A stretch of DNA of 64,000 nucleotides, taken from NCBI GenBank assembly GCA_963701075.1, contig OY969559.1, forward strand, positions 1,536,001 through 1,600,000. Direction: 5' to 3'. The position numbers and the translations under genes were made by a program. The notes beneath the pieces were generated by a model. It ran no database searches and was not told the DNA's origin. It worked only from the letters and a program-made list of their open reading frames with translations. This document shows positions 18,404 through 28,376 of the stretch, one piece after another (the stretch's first letter is position 1; each line of letters begins with the position of its first letter). The DNA is from an uncultured Nitrososphaerota archaeon. Its GTDB lineage: Archaea > Thermoproteota > Nitrososphaeria > Nitrososphaerales > Nitrosopumilaceae.

Positions 18404-19018
18404 TTAGAATTTAAGAAATCCTCTTGTTCTTCCAGTGACTACAACAACACTGATTATTGCAATCACAAGAACCAGAGAAGCTACAGGACCAAATTCTGGC
18501 ACAGTTTGATTGCCTGACATGGTGCTGTTCCCAGTCATGTTCATGCCTGACATACTAGTCATGGCTGGAAAGTAATACGCGTCCTTGGCTTCAACATCTT
18601 GCAGAGGATATGTGGTAGAAGGTATTGTTGTTCCGCCTATTGTACCCTGGATTATCATGTTATAGGTTCCAATCTGAGTTGGATTCACAGCGGCATCATA
18701 CTCTCCAGGCGTATCATCGCTTGGGTCAAAGCTTACTACCTTTGTCTGTCCACCATACTGGATGGTTGTGGTCATGTTGTCAAGACCAGTATCTGCGATA
18801 GGCGGTGCGTTGTCACTTGTTCCGTTGTATATGAATATCTGGACTGCATTTGCGTCACCTACAAGCGGTGGCTCATTTACCCAGCCGATCTTTATCGTGA
18901 CGTTGTTAAATGTTTTTGTGATGTGTGCTTCAGCTGGATGAAGTGCAAATGGTGTAACCAAAATAGCAACTAGAGCAAAAACTACGGGAACTAAAAATTT
19001 TCTAAGATTCACCCACAT
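18404..19018 (-). CDS. His1 secreted beta-sandwich protein, PEFG-CTERM anchored
   Basis: AEA-HIT; IGWVNEPP; MTSMSGMNM; VPEFG+TM. Confidence 0.88.
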   Translation of the reverse strand: MWVNLRKFLVPVVFALVAILVTPFALHPAEAHITKTFNNVTIKIGWVNEPPLVGDANAVQIFIYNGTSDNAPPIADTGLDNMTTTIQYGGQTKVVSFDPSDDTPGEYDAAVNPTQIGTYNMIIQGTIGGTTIPSTTYPLQDVEAKDAYYFPAMTSMSGMNMTGNSTMSGNQTVPEFGPVASLVLVIAIISVVVVTGRTRGFLKF

Positions 19019-19029
19019 TCACTCCACTA

Positions 19030-19479
19030 TCAAGGAAAGTTATACTTGTCCTTGGCTTCAACATCTTGCAGAGGATATGTGGTAGAAGGTATTGTTGTTC
19101 CGTCTATTGTACCCTGGATTATCATGTTATAGGTTCCAATCTGAGTCGGAATCACAGCAGCATCATATTCTCCAGGCGTATCATCGCTTGGGTCAAAGCT
19201 TACTACCTTTGTCTGTCCACCATACTGGATGGTTGTGGTCATGTTGTCAAGACCAGTATCTGCGATAGGCGGTGCGTTGTCACTTGTTCCGTTGTATATG
19301 AATATCTGGACTGCATTTGCGTCACCTACAAGCGGTGGCTCATTTACCCAGCCGATCTTTATCGTGACGTTGTTAAATGTTTTTGTGATGTGTGCTTCAG
19401 CTGGATGAAGTGCAAGTGGAACCATAATAACTGCTGCCAAAGCTAGAATTACTGTGACTACAAATTTTCTAGATTTCAT
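19030..19479 (-). CDS. His1 secreted protein, anchor-less near-identical paralog of 18404
   Basis: About 368 nt almost identical to 18581-18948; stops before the Met-rich/PEFG tail. Confidence 0.88.
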   Translation of the reverse strand: MKSRKFVVTVILALAAVIMVPLALHPAEAHITKTFNNVTIKIGWVNEPPLVGDANAVQIFIYNGTSDNAPPIADTGLDNMTTTIQYGGQTKVVSFDPSDDTPGEYDAAVIPTQIGTYNMIIQGTIDGTTIPSTTYPLQDVEAKDKYNFP

Positions 19480-19523
19480 GTCTCTCCTGTGATTATCATC
19501 AAATTATTTTCTTATATACGTTA

Positions 19524-19572
19524 TGGTACAAAATCAAAACAAGAATTGTTGTTCTATTTTACAACTGTACCA
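19524..19572. promoter_or_regulatory. divergent TGTACCA boxes
   Basis: TGGTACA 19524-19530 (minus: N5-TATATA) and TGTACCA 19566-19572 (plus, before copCD). Confidence 0.7.
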
Positions 19573-19619
19573 CTATTGTATTAAATTATAAGTGTTCATG
19601 AAACGTATAGATTGTATTT

Positions 19620-22600
19620 ATGACAGAAAGAACGAGAGGGCCAAAATCAACAATCAAAATAATTTTGCTAGTCGTTGTAGCTGTATCGGTCTTGGTCGTG
19701 GTGCCAAACATACCCAAGTCTTATGCGCATGCATTTGTTATTGGTAGTGATCCTGCACCATTTGCGTCATTGAATACTCCACCAACACAAGTTGAAGTAG
19801 ATTTTGTTGATCCCATAGACATGCGATATAGTCAGATAAAGGTCTTGGATTCTAACGGTAAAGAAGTCAATAACAACGACTGGCATTTCATCACTGCTGA
19901 TCATGAAAAATCAGTTGTTACTTTACCTTCCATTCCGAATGGAATTTACACTGTGTATACCAAAGTTCTTGATGCCACTGATGGCCATACCACTACAAAC
20001 GCATTTGTTTTTGCCGTTGGCCAACCTATACCACAGAATCTCTTAAACCAAAAAGAGAGTGTTTCCTTTACAGATATCGTATCCATTCAAGATACAATAG
20101 CAAGGTATCCATCACTTGTTGGACAAATCATTGTAGTTGGTGCTATCTTCTCAACTTTCTGGTTATGGAAACCACTATCTAGAATCTCTGCATTAAAAGA
20201 CGTCTTTGGACAGACTCGCGTCATGATAGACAAGAGTATGACCAAGTTGGTGCTAATTGGCTCAATAATTATTCTGGGTGGAGATGCGGCAATGATTTCA
20301 TCTGAGATGTATTCAATAAATTCAGGACTCCTAGATGCAATTAGCACGAATTTTGGACAAATGTGGATTGTACGTATGTCACTTTCTGCAGCCCTATTTG
20401 GAGTGGCATTTGTTGCATACCGTAAACAAAAGCAGTCAAATGGGGTCTTGCCCAAAGGCCTAGTCGCAACTCTGTTTGGACTGGGGATAGCGGTACTTAC
20501 GACAACTACACTGATAAGCCATGGTGCAGCAAGCGGAAAATTTTTGGCACTAGTTTTTGATTTCGTACACAACGTTGTTGCTTCACTCTGGATTGGAGGT
20601 GTGATATATCTGGCGTTTGTTGTGGCACCGCTATTGAAACGTATGCCTGATGATCGTGCCAGCGTTGCCATCATGTCTGTGATAATACCAAGATTCTCCA
20701 CGGTAGTTGTTGCACTACTTGGCATAGTTGCAATGACAGGTCCCTCTCTTCTTTACGAACTTGAAAACAACCTCTCCCTCACTCTAGCATCCATATACGG
20801 AGATATACTTATCATAAAACTCTCATTGGCCGGTGCCATGATTGGAGTTGGCGCTTTCCATCAGTTCATAATTTTTCGACAAGCGCGAAGCGCCATTGCT
20901 GTCTCGCCTCAGCAAGAGCATCATGTTGCCATGCCAATCGATCTAAAAATTCCTATCAAGAGGGGAAGCGAGGGCAAATCAGTCATCTCACATTTTGGCC
21001 GATTCATAAAAATTGAGGCAATAATAGGATTTTTGCTGATTGCTTCAATAGCAGTTCTTGTCGATTCCGGTCTGCCCGCAATTCAATATCAAAATGAATT
21101 GTCGCAACAGAAAAACCAGATTCCGCCTGTCTACGCCTTTGCAACGCCACTTGTAACGCAGAACCAATTTACAGAAACGCGATTTACAGACACGGGGGAC
21201 AAAATTGTCTTATCCATCAGTCCGTTCTATTCCGGAAAGAATAATGTAACGCTCTCGTTTTTTGATTCAAATGGTAACCCACTGAACAGCATAAACTCCA
21301 CAACGATAACGCTTAACCAAGTAGACAAGGGCATAGGTCCGTTAGTGGTAGGGTACAACCCACTCGAACCACAGTTCAATAGCAGCAACTCTAAAGAGAT
21401 ATCACCGGGGGTATTTTCCATTAGCACAAGTGCCTTTGCAATACCGGGTCACTGGGAAGCACAGATAGAGGGAACAACCACACAGGCTGGTGCACTTAAC
21501 GAGGTTACAACTTTTGATGATCTATATGTCAAGCCTAACTTGGCCCAGCTGCAGGCAAACATAACAGAATACAAAATGCCAGATAACGCCCAGCCGTTGT
21601 ATCCTCTTTATGATCCCATCAGAAATATAGTCTGGGTTGGAGACTCGGCCATTGGGAGTGGGAGGTTATGGGAGTTTGATCTAGACTCCAAACAGTTTAC
21701 AGAACATAAGATCAATGGAACCAACATCATCATGTATACAATAATGGACTTTCAAAACAACATTTGGTATTCTGACCCCCTAACAAAGATCTTGGGTAAT
21801 TACGAACCAGACACGGGCAAAGAGCAGAATTACAATCTTCCTGCCAATGAGACCATTTCAGGTCTTGCCATAGACAACACAGGCAATCTTTGGATGACCT
21901 CTGCGTCAAGTAACCAACTGCTAGAATTTGACATGCAGAAAAAAACATTCCATTCATTGGACCTGCCAGCAAACTCTTCACCACTTGGAATTTCCATAGA
22001 TCAATCAACCAACCAGATATGGGTAGCAGAAAGTAGTTCTGGAAAGATAGCAGAGGTAGATCCTTCCCAAAACTACAAAGTGACAGAATATGGTCCATCC
22101 AATGGCACCCTTGCAAGTCCCACGACGATTCTATTTGACCCTGTAACTGGCAAAGTTTTTGTCTCAGAGCATGATGGCAAGGCAGTATCAGTTTTTGATC
22201 CCCTGACCAAGTCATTCGAAAGATATCAGACAGATCCTGATCCTCAGGATCTGCCCTTTGGAATGGCATTTGATGCAAACCATGATCTATGGCTTGCTCA
22301 ACACACCTTTGATAAGATTGCAGTTATAGATCCTAGAACTGGCAAAACAAACGAATTTCCCATCCCTACGAAATCATCTTTTACCCAATGGGTCACAGCG
22401 GATTCAAAGGGAGATATAATACTGGCAGAACAACGCGCAAATGCACTTGGTCTTCTTACTACTAGCACAACTCCAGGATTTATCGAAAACGCCGAACAAA
22501 CAGGTTCAGTCTTGGGCATACCACTGCCATTTAGTTATGCAGATGTGGTAGGACCCTCGATTGCAGGTTGCCTCGTAGCAGTGGCATTTCTCTACTCTAA

Positions 22601-22658
22601 AACCGTAATAGAGTTAAGTGACAGTTTGAGACATATAAAGAAAAACTACGGCCAGTGA
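19620..22658 (+). CDS. CopC-CopD fusion with Ig-like and Vgb/NHL-type beta-propeller domains
   Basis: SYA-HAF..SDP, DGH (CopC); SHG, H...SLWIGG, YG..L..K (CopD); propeller repeats; C-terminal TM. Confidence 0.9.
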   Translation: MTERTRGPKSTIKIILLVVVAVSVLVVVPNIPKSYAHAFVIGSDPAPFASLNTPPTQVEVDFVDPIDMRYSQIKVLDSNGKEVNNNDWHFITADHEKSVVTLPSIPNGIYTVYTKVLDATDGHTTTNAFVFAVGQPIPQNLLNQKESVSFTDIVSIQDTIARYPSLVGQIIVVGAIFSTFWLWKPLSRISALKDVFGQTRVMIDKSMTKLVLIGSIIILGGDAAMISSEMYSINSGLLDAISTNFGQMWIVRMSLSAALFGVAFVAYRKQKQSNGVLPKGLVATLFGLGIAVLTTTTLISHGAASGKFLALVFDFVHNVVASLWIGGVIYLAFVVAPLLKRMPDDRASVAIMSVIIPRFSTVVVALLGIVAMTGPSLLYELENNLSLTLASIYGDILIIKLSLAGAMIGVGAFHQFIIFRQARSAIAVSPQQEHHVAMPIDLKIPIKRGSEGKSVISHFGRFIKIEAIIGFLLIASIAVLVDSGLPAIQYQNELSQQKNQIPPVYAFATPLVTQNQFTETRFTDTGDKIVLSISPFYSGKNNVTLSFFDSNGNPLNSINSTTITLNQVDKGIGPLVVGYNPLEPQFNSSNSKEISPGVFSISTSAFAIPGHWEAQIEGTTTQAGALNEVTTFDDLYVKPNLAQLQANITEYKMPDNAQPLYPLYDPIRNIVWVGDSAIGSGRLWEFDLDSKQFTEHKINGTNIIMYTIMDFQNNIWYSDPLTKILGNYEPDTGKEQNYNLPANETISGLAIDNTGNLWMTSASSNQLLEFDMQKKTFHSLDLPANSSPLGISIDQSTNQIWVAESSSGKIAEVDPSQNYKVTEYGPSNGTLASPTTILFDPVTGKVFVSEHDGKAVSVFDPLTKSFERYQTDPDPQDLPFGMAFDANHDLWLAQHTFDKIAVIDPRTGKTNEFPIPTKSSFTQWVTADSKGDIILAEQRANALGLLTTSTTPGFIENAEQTGSVLGIPLPFSYADVVGPSIAGCLVAVAFLYSKTVIELSDSLRHIKKNYGQ

Positions 22659-22720
22659 TGCCACACCGCATAGGCAGTCACAGATAGCATCATCAGACTA
22701 TATCAGGCACGTTCGTTCGT

Positions 22721-22738
22721 TGTACCACTTGGTTTAAA
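22721..22738 (+). promoter_or_regulatory. TGTACCA-N5-TTTAAA promoter
   Basis: 41 nt upstream of GTG 22762. Confidence 0.75.
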
Positions 22739-22761
22739 TTTCATTTTGACCAATTTCCATT

Positions 22762-23154
22762 GTGTTCAGGCCCCAAACTCTGATTGAGACTAAGTCTACA
22801 CTGTTAAGTGTAATAATATTTGCACTTGTTGCAGCGTTATCAATTCCTGTCATCCTACCCCACATATTTCAACAATACGAGCTTTTCCACATACTTTTAC
22901 ACATTAGCGGAATAGGTTTTGCGTCTTTTCTTACAATAGTAGCTGCAATGGCATATCACAAGGTCAAGACCCGCAGACTTCTTTTCACTACCATTGCGTT
23001 TGGCACTTTTATTTTGTCTGAAGTATTTGATCTAATTGATGCAGCATGGCAGTCAAAATATTATTTTTGGAGTTTTTCATCATCTGAGATAGCTCATCTT
23101 ATCATGTTCTTCACATTACTGATGTTTGCACTAAGTGTGTTTAGGAGAGATTGA
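22762..23154 (+). CDS. 4-TM His-containing membrane protein
   Basis: Hydrophobic; PH..FHILLH; overlaps the next gene by 4 nt. Confidence 0.8.
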   Translation: MFRPQTLIETKSTLLSVIIFALVAALSIPVILPHIFQQYELFHILLHISGIGFASFLTIVAAMAYHKVKTRRLLFTTIAFGTFILSEVFDLIDAAWQSKYYFWSFSSSEIAHLIMFFTLLMFALSVFRRD

Positions 23155-23654
23155 AAATGGATAGAGTTACACAGTTAATTGAGGTTATTGAAAAAAACCC
23201 TGGAATAAAATTTCGCGAGATAATGCGAGAGACTGGAATGAAAAACGGCGTTCTAGGATATTATGCAGGCAAGCTAGAAAGAGAGGGATCTGTAAAGGTT
23301 GATAGAAGTCCTGGGCAGACTAGATTTTATCCTCCAGGAATATCAGATGATGACACATTACTGATAAAGAATCTAAGACAGGAGACACCAAGGCAGATTC
23401 TTGCATCTTTATTGCAATATGGAATGCTATCATTCAATGAGCTAGTTGAGAAGACACGAAAATCTCCGGCTACAGTTTCCCTCTATCTCTCACAAGTAAC
23501 AAGAGACAATATCATTGAAAGTAAACTAGTCGATTTCAAAAAGAGATACCATGTTAAAGACATAGAAAAATTACAAAAAATTATTGATAAATATCATCCA
23601 AGCTTGATTGAAAGTTCAGCGGATCATCTTGCCGATACTTTCTCATCACTTTAA
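23151..23654 (+). CDS. double winged-helix transcription regulator
   Basis: NPGIKFREIMRETGMKNGVLGYY..LE and SFNELVE..KSPATVSLYL. Confidence 0.85.
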   Translation: MKMDRVTQLIEVIEKNPGIKFREIMRETGMKNGVLGYYAGKLEREGSVKVDRSPGQTRFYPPGISDDDTLLIKNLRQETPRQILASLLQYGMLSFNELVEKTRKSPATVSLYLSQVTRDNIIESKLVDFKKRYHVKDIEKLQKIIDKYHPSLIESSADHLADTFSSL

Positions 23655-23756
23655 AAACATCACAGATATTATTTTCACAATATTTGAGTTAAAAAGCAGA
23701 CAGCCGAGAACGAAGATCAGCGTTTATTTAGAGTTCAGATAAATGCATACGATAAG

Positions 23757-25206
23757 ATGGCACATGTCATGAGATCTGCATATTTTTTCAGCTATTTTCA
23801 TCATTGTTGTTTCCCTTTTCCTTGTTTCAAAAGCACACGGTGACGGTTTAGTTAGTGAGATTCTTCCACCGTCTCTGATAGGAAACACTAATGTTACTTT
23901 GTCTATTGGTTCTGTCCCATTTTTAATTAACGATACTCACGTAGGGACACAGTTGAATCTCGTACTGATGGATGCCGACACCCAGCAGCCAATTCAGGAT
24001 GCAACACTTGCAATTTCAGCATTCAAGGGTCAGAATGCAGTTTTTGGCCACATATTCAAGAGTGATAGCGGAAATTTTATTTTGAGTTTTTATCCACAAC
24101 AATCTGGCAACACGACATTTGACGAACAGGGCGGGCTTCTTTCAGACTTGTTCGGTCAAGATAGTGGAAATTACGACGTAAAAGGCCCAATCTTTAACAC
24201 AGCAGGATTGTATAGATTCAAAATCGAGGTTATTACGATGGGTGCATATGATAATCAAGTAAGCAGGTCGTATACTGCCGGTATATCAATACCAGAATAT
24301 GACAACCTTACAATTAACGATCCAGGTTACGGAACTCAACAGATGCAGATCATAGCATATTATGATAGGTTGCAGAACATCACATATGATCCAGTCAAAA
24401 AATTTGTTAATTTCACCATGCCATTTGACTGGTCAAATCAGACCATAAGCCAACTGAGTGTAGTACATCAAGAGATCAGAATTCCAAGAACTCTGGGAGA
24501 TCTGGTGGTAACAAAATATGATGCCTATGTGAACAACATCAAGATACCTGACAAGCTGATATCAATAGATGATTACTCCATGGATGCATATAGAATAGTG
24601 CATCTCATTTTATACAAGCCCGATGTACAAAATCTTTTTTCAGAACAAAAAGATCCGGGTCAAGTGATGAATTTTGCAATGAGGCCAAGCAATGATAACG
24701 CTTTCCCAATTGTACAGTTTACTAGAAATGCACAGTATAAAATAGCACTAAGTTGGAATCCACCAAAGATCCTAACTGGTTCCACTGTACAGTTTAACTT
24801 TAAGGTTCTAGATCCATTTGCCATGAATACAACAGTGAGTCCAATTTCTTATGATTTTTCTGTACTTGAAGGAGAAAATGGAGTGATATACCACCAGATA
24901 GGAAAAACAACTGATACAAGCTACGGAGACAACATCAATGTCGCATTTCCATCTAATTACACAGGATCAATCACAATAGCATTTGAGAACCTAAATGGAA
25001 GTAGTTTTTCTGCTACAGAATTTCCAGCTACAGTTAGCAACCCAGCAATGACAACCAATCAATCAGCAGTCAACAGCCAAGCTATTGCAGCTAATCAATC
25101 TACAGTGCCAGAGTTTCCGTTAACTACATTTGTAGTACTTGCAACCGTATTTGGATTAGTTGTGTCATTTTCAAAGATGAGTTTGCTCAAATCAATGCGG
25201 ATTTGA
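23757..25206 (+). CDS. secreted PEF-CTERM surface protein; 1-nt insertion near 23789 splits off the signal peptide
   Basis: Upstream in-frame AIFIIVVSLFLVSKAHGDG; VHQEIRIP; VPEFP+TM. Confidence 0.75.
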
Positions 25207-25207
25207 T

Positions 25208-26156
25208 TTATCCTTTCATACCATATCCGACTAGTACTGAATAACACCCAAGACCACAATCTTCACAAATAGGTTTCATGGATTTGTCCTCAGCACTGCC
25301 AATACAGCAAGGCCTTTTTTCCCTTCCAAGATGATCTACAGAGAGTATAGCCCATGTAGGACAATCTACGGGCGTTGTGCCCTTGCCACCCCAATTCTTT
25401 TTCATTCAGCTCAAGTTGACTATCAGGATTTATGATATAATCAGGATATTTTTCTCTCATTGCCATTATTTCATCAACAACCCGTGTTCTTTCTTCTCCA
25501 AACGGAAGCCACAAAGGATCATTTTTCATAAATGGAGTATGGAATTGAAATCCAATTTTATTTGAATAATTGCGCCATTCTTCTATGACATTTTTTATAG
25601 TTTTATAGTTGAGTGAGTTTATAGTCATTGTAATCCACATGTCCTTGTAAGCCAATTTGCCATTTTTTTCTACATAATCAATAACGTTGTTTCTTGTTTT
25701 ATCCCATGCACCATTACCACGAATCTTGTCATGAATGTCTTTTGTTCCATCTATTGATATCCAATAGAAATACAGATTATCGTATTTCTTCAGCGGGAGT
25801 GTCCCATTGGACACTATACAAATTCTTTTTGGAAATTCTTTTATGAATAATTCAATCACATCTGGCCTCATAGTAGGCTCACCCCCAACAAGTGTGATTA
25901 TGAAAACATGGTTTTTCTTAAATTTCTCATCTATTACATTTTTCCATTGCTCTACAGTTAGCTCTTCATTTTCTTTTCTATTGAGCCACCAGTAACAATG
26001 CGTACAGTGAAGATTGCACACATTGATTATATCTGCCGAGCCATATACCGGACTGCGTTTGTTAAATAACTTGTATCCGGCAAATTTGGTAAATATGTGC
26101 ACATAACTTGGAGCCTCTTGAATTATTTGCCTTACTCCTCTTCCCATTATTTCCAT
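25208..26156 (-). CDS. radical SAM protein with C-terminal Cys domain; frameshift near 25405
   Basis: CNLHCTHC, GGEP, ISIDG; continuation CPTW...CCIG...CEDC.LGC in ORF 25208-25405. Confidence 0.85.
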
Positions 26157-26262
26157 TATGTTCTAGATATGCCATAGCGCCTTATAAGATCTTTTTATTT
26201 TTTTCAATTACGATGTTTTAGAAATCTTGCGATGACTGTCTTTGTAAGATCTGTGCACGCAT

Positions 26263-26493
26263 TCAGTTAGCACATATCAATGTAGTAGTGCATCGGATTT
26301 TATCAAGACTACGAATTCTTGTGGTTATGGTTTGCTTAATCTCGTCAACTTTTGCAGATTCAATCTTGACAAGCACGTCATAGTTACCAAATACTCCTGT
26401 TACCTCCTTGACACATTCTATTGGTTTTAATTTGTCTATGACAGAACTTTCTGACCCCATCTCACAGTTAATCATCACATAGGCAGTTTCCAA
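26263..26493 (-). CDS. Lrp/AsnC ligand-binding domain protein
   Basis: TAYVMINCE...GNYDVLVKIE...TTTL. Confidence 0.85.
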   Translation of the reverse strand: METAYVMINCEMGSESSVIDKLKPIECVKEVTGVFGNYDVLVKIESAKVDEIKQTITTRIRSLDKIRCTTTLICAN

Positions 26494-26568
26494 CCCATGA
26501 ATATTACGTAGTTATAGTATATGAGATTTACACATCGTCAAAATATCATGAAAATAAAAAAGTAGGAG

Positions 26569-27366
26569 TTACTGTGCCCCAATTAAGAAAATGACGTTGA
26601 CCGTTGCTGTGATGTCTTGATTTGATGCAAGTATTGGCGTTTGTGCCATCTGAGGTGCAGGAGCACTCATCGCTGTCATACCATAGGTTTGAACTGGCGA
26701 AGGCATGTTGAACTCAGATAGGTTTACCGTTTTTACACCTATGATTTTCTGGCCAAGTGGAGCTAATGCCTTTTCAGCTTTTGATTGTGCATCCAAGACT
26801 GCCAAACTAATTAGATCGTTTTGAACACTCTGTTGTTTTGCCGGTGAAAGTAAGAACGATACACTATCCACCCTATTTGCTCCTGCGCCAACTGCTGCAT
26901 CAAGTATTCTACCTGTTAGGTGTAGTTGAGTTGTTTTGATGAGTAATGTATTGGAAACTTGGTATCCGACAAGATCATTTTTGTATTCGTTATATGGAGG
27001 ATACGGACCCGTCTGATTATAGACTGGATCTATTGTAAAGCTGTTAGTGCCGGTTTCATTGTTGGCAATGCCAAGATTTTGTATCGCAGTAATTGTGGCA
27101 TTTGTCGCTTGAGCGTTTTCACTCATTGCATCTTGCGCTGTTTTTGCTTGTGTGTCAACACCTAACTGTATGGCTACAAGATCTGGAGAGACTGACAAGG
27201 TTGCAGTTCCAGTCACAGAGGTGGTGTTCTGCTGCGGTAGGAAATAATATGATGCTTGTTGTGCATATGCTTTATTGCCATAGGTTTGCATATCAGCAGA
27301 GATCGTTGTCGACACAATTGCAATTGCTGCAAGTGCGGCCAGAATTATTGTGGTTTTATTTGTCAT
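26569..27366 (-). CDS. SIMPL (DUF541) domain protein
   Basis: VTGTA...PD.V.IQLGV, GYQVSN, AGANRVDSVSF, AV.DA..KA. Confidence 0.9.
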   Translation of the reverse strand: MTNKTTIILAALAAIAIVSTTISADMQTYGNKAYAQQASYYFLPQQNTTSVTGTATLSVSPDLVAIQLGVDTQAKTAQDAMSENAQATNATITAIQNLGIANNETGTNSFTIDPVYNQTGPYPPYNEYKNDLVGYQVSNTLLIKTTQLHLTGRILDAAVGAGANRVDSVSFLLSPAKQQSVQNDLISLAVLDAQSKAEKALAPLGQKIIGVKTVNLSEFNMPSPVQTYGMTAMSAPAPQMAQTPILASNQDITATVNVIFLIGAQ

Positions 27367-27723
27367 TAATACGTATTAAATGTAATCTCATATAGGCTTT
27401 GATTAAAATTTGTTTTAACTTAATTGTATACGAGAAAGTTATGTTAAACGATCATATACTTGAAATTTTTTATTTTTAACCTTATATCGAAGAATGAGTT
27501 GTTTTGACTTTTATAATTTTCAATGATTTTGTCAATTTGCCCAATTCATAGAGAGAGTCGATCTTGCAATTATCTCGTGAAATTACTTCACATTTAGATG
27601 TTCGAGCTAGTAATTATATGATATAAGTAAAATGATCATTGATTTAAGACAACATTCCAATTTGGAATCAGAAAATACGATATTCTTCCACATCTTTTTA
27701 GTATTTTATTAATAAGCACAAGT

Positions 27724-28008
27724 ATGGTCAGCAATCATGGAATAGAAAAGGGGTTAGTGGGGTTGGCCATAGAACATACTCTTTTGCAGATGGGTAAACC
27801 TATCTTCGATAAAGTTGAAAATCAGTTTCGCGAGAAATACCAGTGCTCTATAATAGATTGCTATGATCATCCACAGTACCTAAATGAGGTCTTAAGTGAA
27901 GTTTTTGGAAGATCCCATTCAGACATAACCAGATCTATTGAAGAGTTCCTCAAAGAATTCAGATACGAATATCACATAGAGACGTTCATCGAGAAAATAA
28001 AACAATAA
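27724..28008 (+). CDS. hypothetical protein
   Basis: 94-aa ORF, Y.C.I.DCY.HP.YL. Confidence 0.7.
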   Translation: MVSNHGIEKGLVGLAIEHTLLQMGKPIFDKVENQFREKYQCSIIDCYDHPQYLNEVLSEVFGRSHSDITRSIEEFLKEFRYEYHIETFIEKIKQ

Positions 28009-28068
28009 GCAGGTTACAAAAATCTAAAAATACGTCCAATCTTCAGACAGGCAAATTTCAAGGCGGTT

Positions 28069-28230
28069 CTACCTATCAGACATGCTCCACTTTTCTTCTT
28101 GATTCATCTTTAATATTTTTTCAATTGGGATATCGCTGTGGTCTTTGCTTAGATGTGTTGTATATTCAAGAAGACTAGTGAATCGTTTCTTGCAGATAGG
28201 ACAATCTTTCTCAAATCCAGCCATTGTCAT
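28069..28230 (-). CDS. C2H2 zinc-finger micro-protein (53 aa, not in ORF track)
   Basis: CPICKKRF...THLSKDH. Confidence 0.75.
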   Translation of the reverse strand: MTMAGFEKDCPICKKRFTSLLEYTTHLSKDHSDIPIEKILKMNQEEKWSMSDR

Positions 28231-28376
28231 TTTAAAAATAGGGATTTTTCTATTTTAATGTATGCTAGATTATCACATCTATAATTTTCTAAACTTTTCT
28301 TCCATATGATTTTGCCCAATAATTTTCATTGGTACTCAAAGATAACAACTAGACAAGCAAATCACTTGAATGCTAG

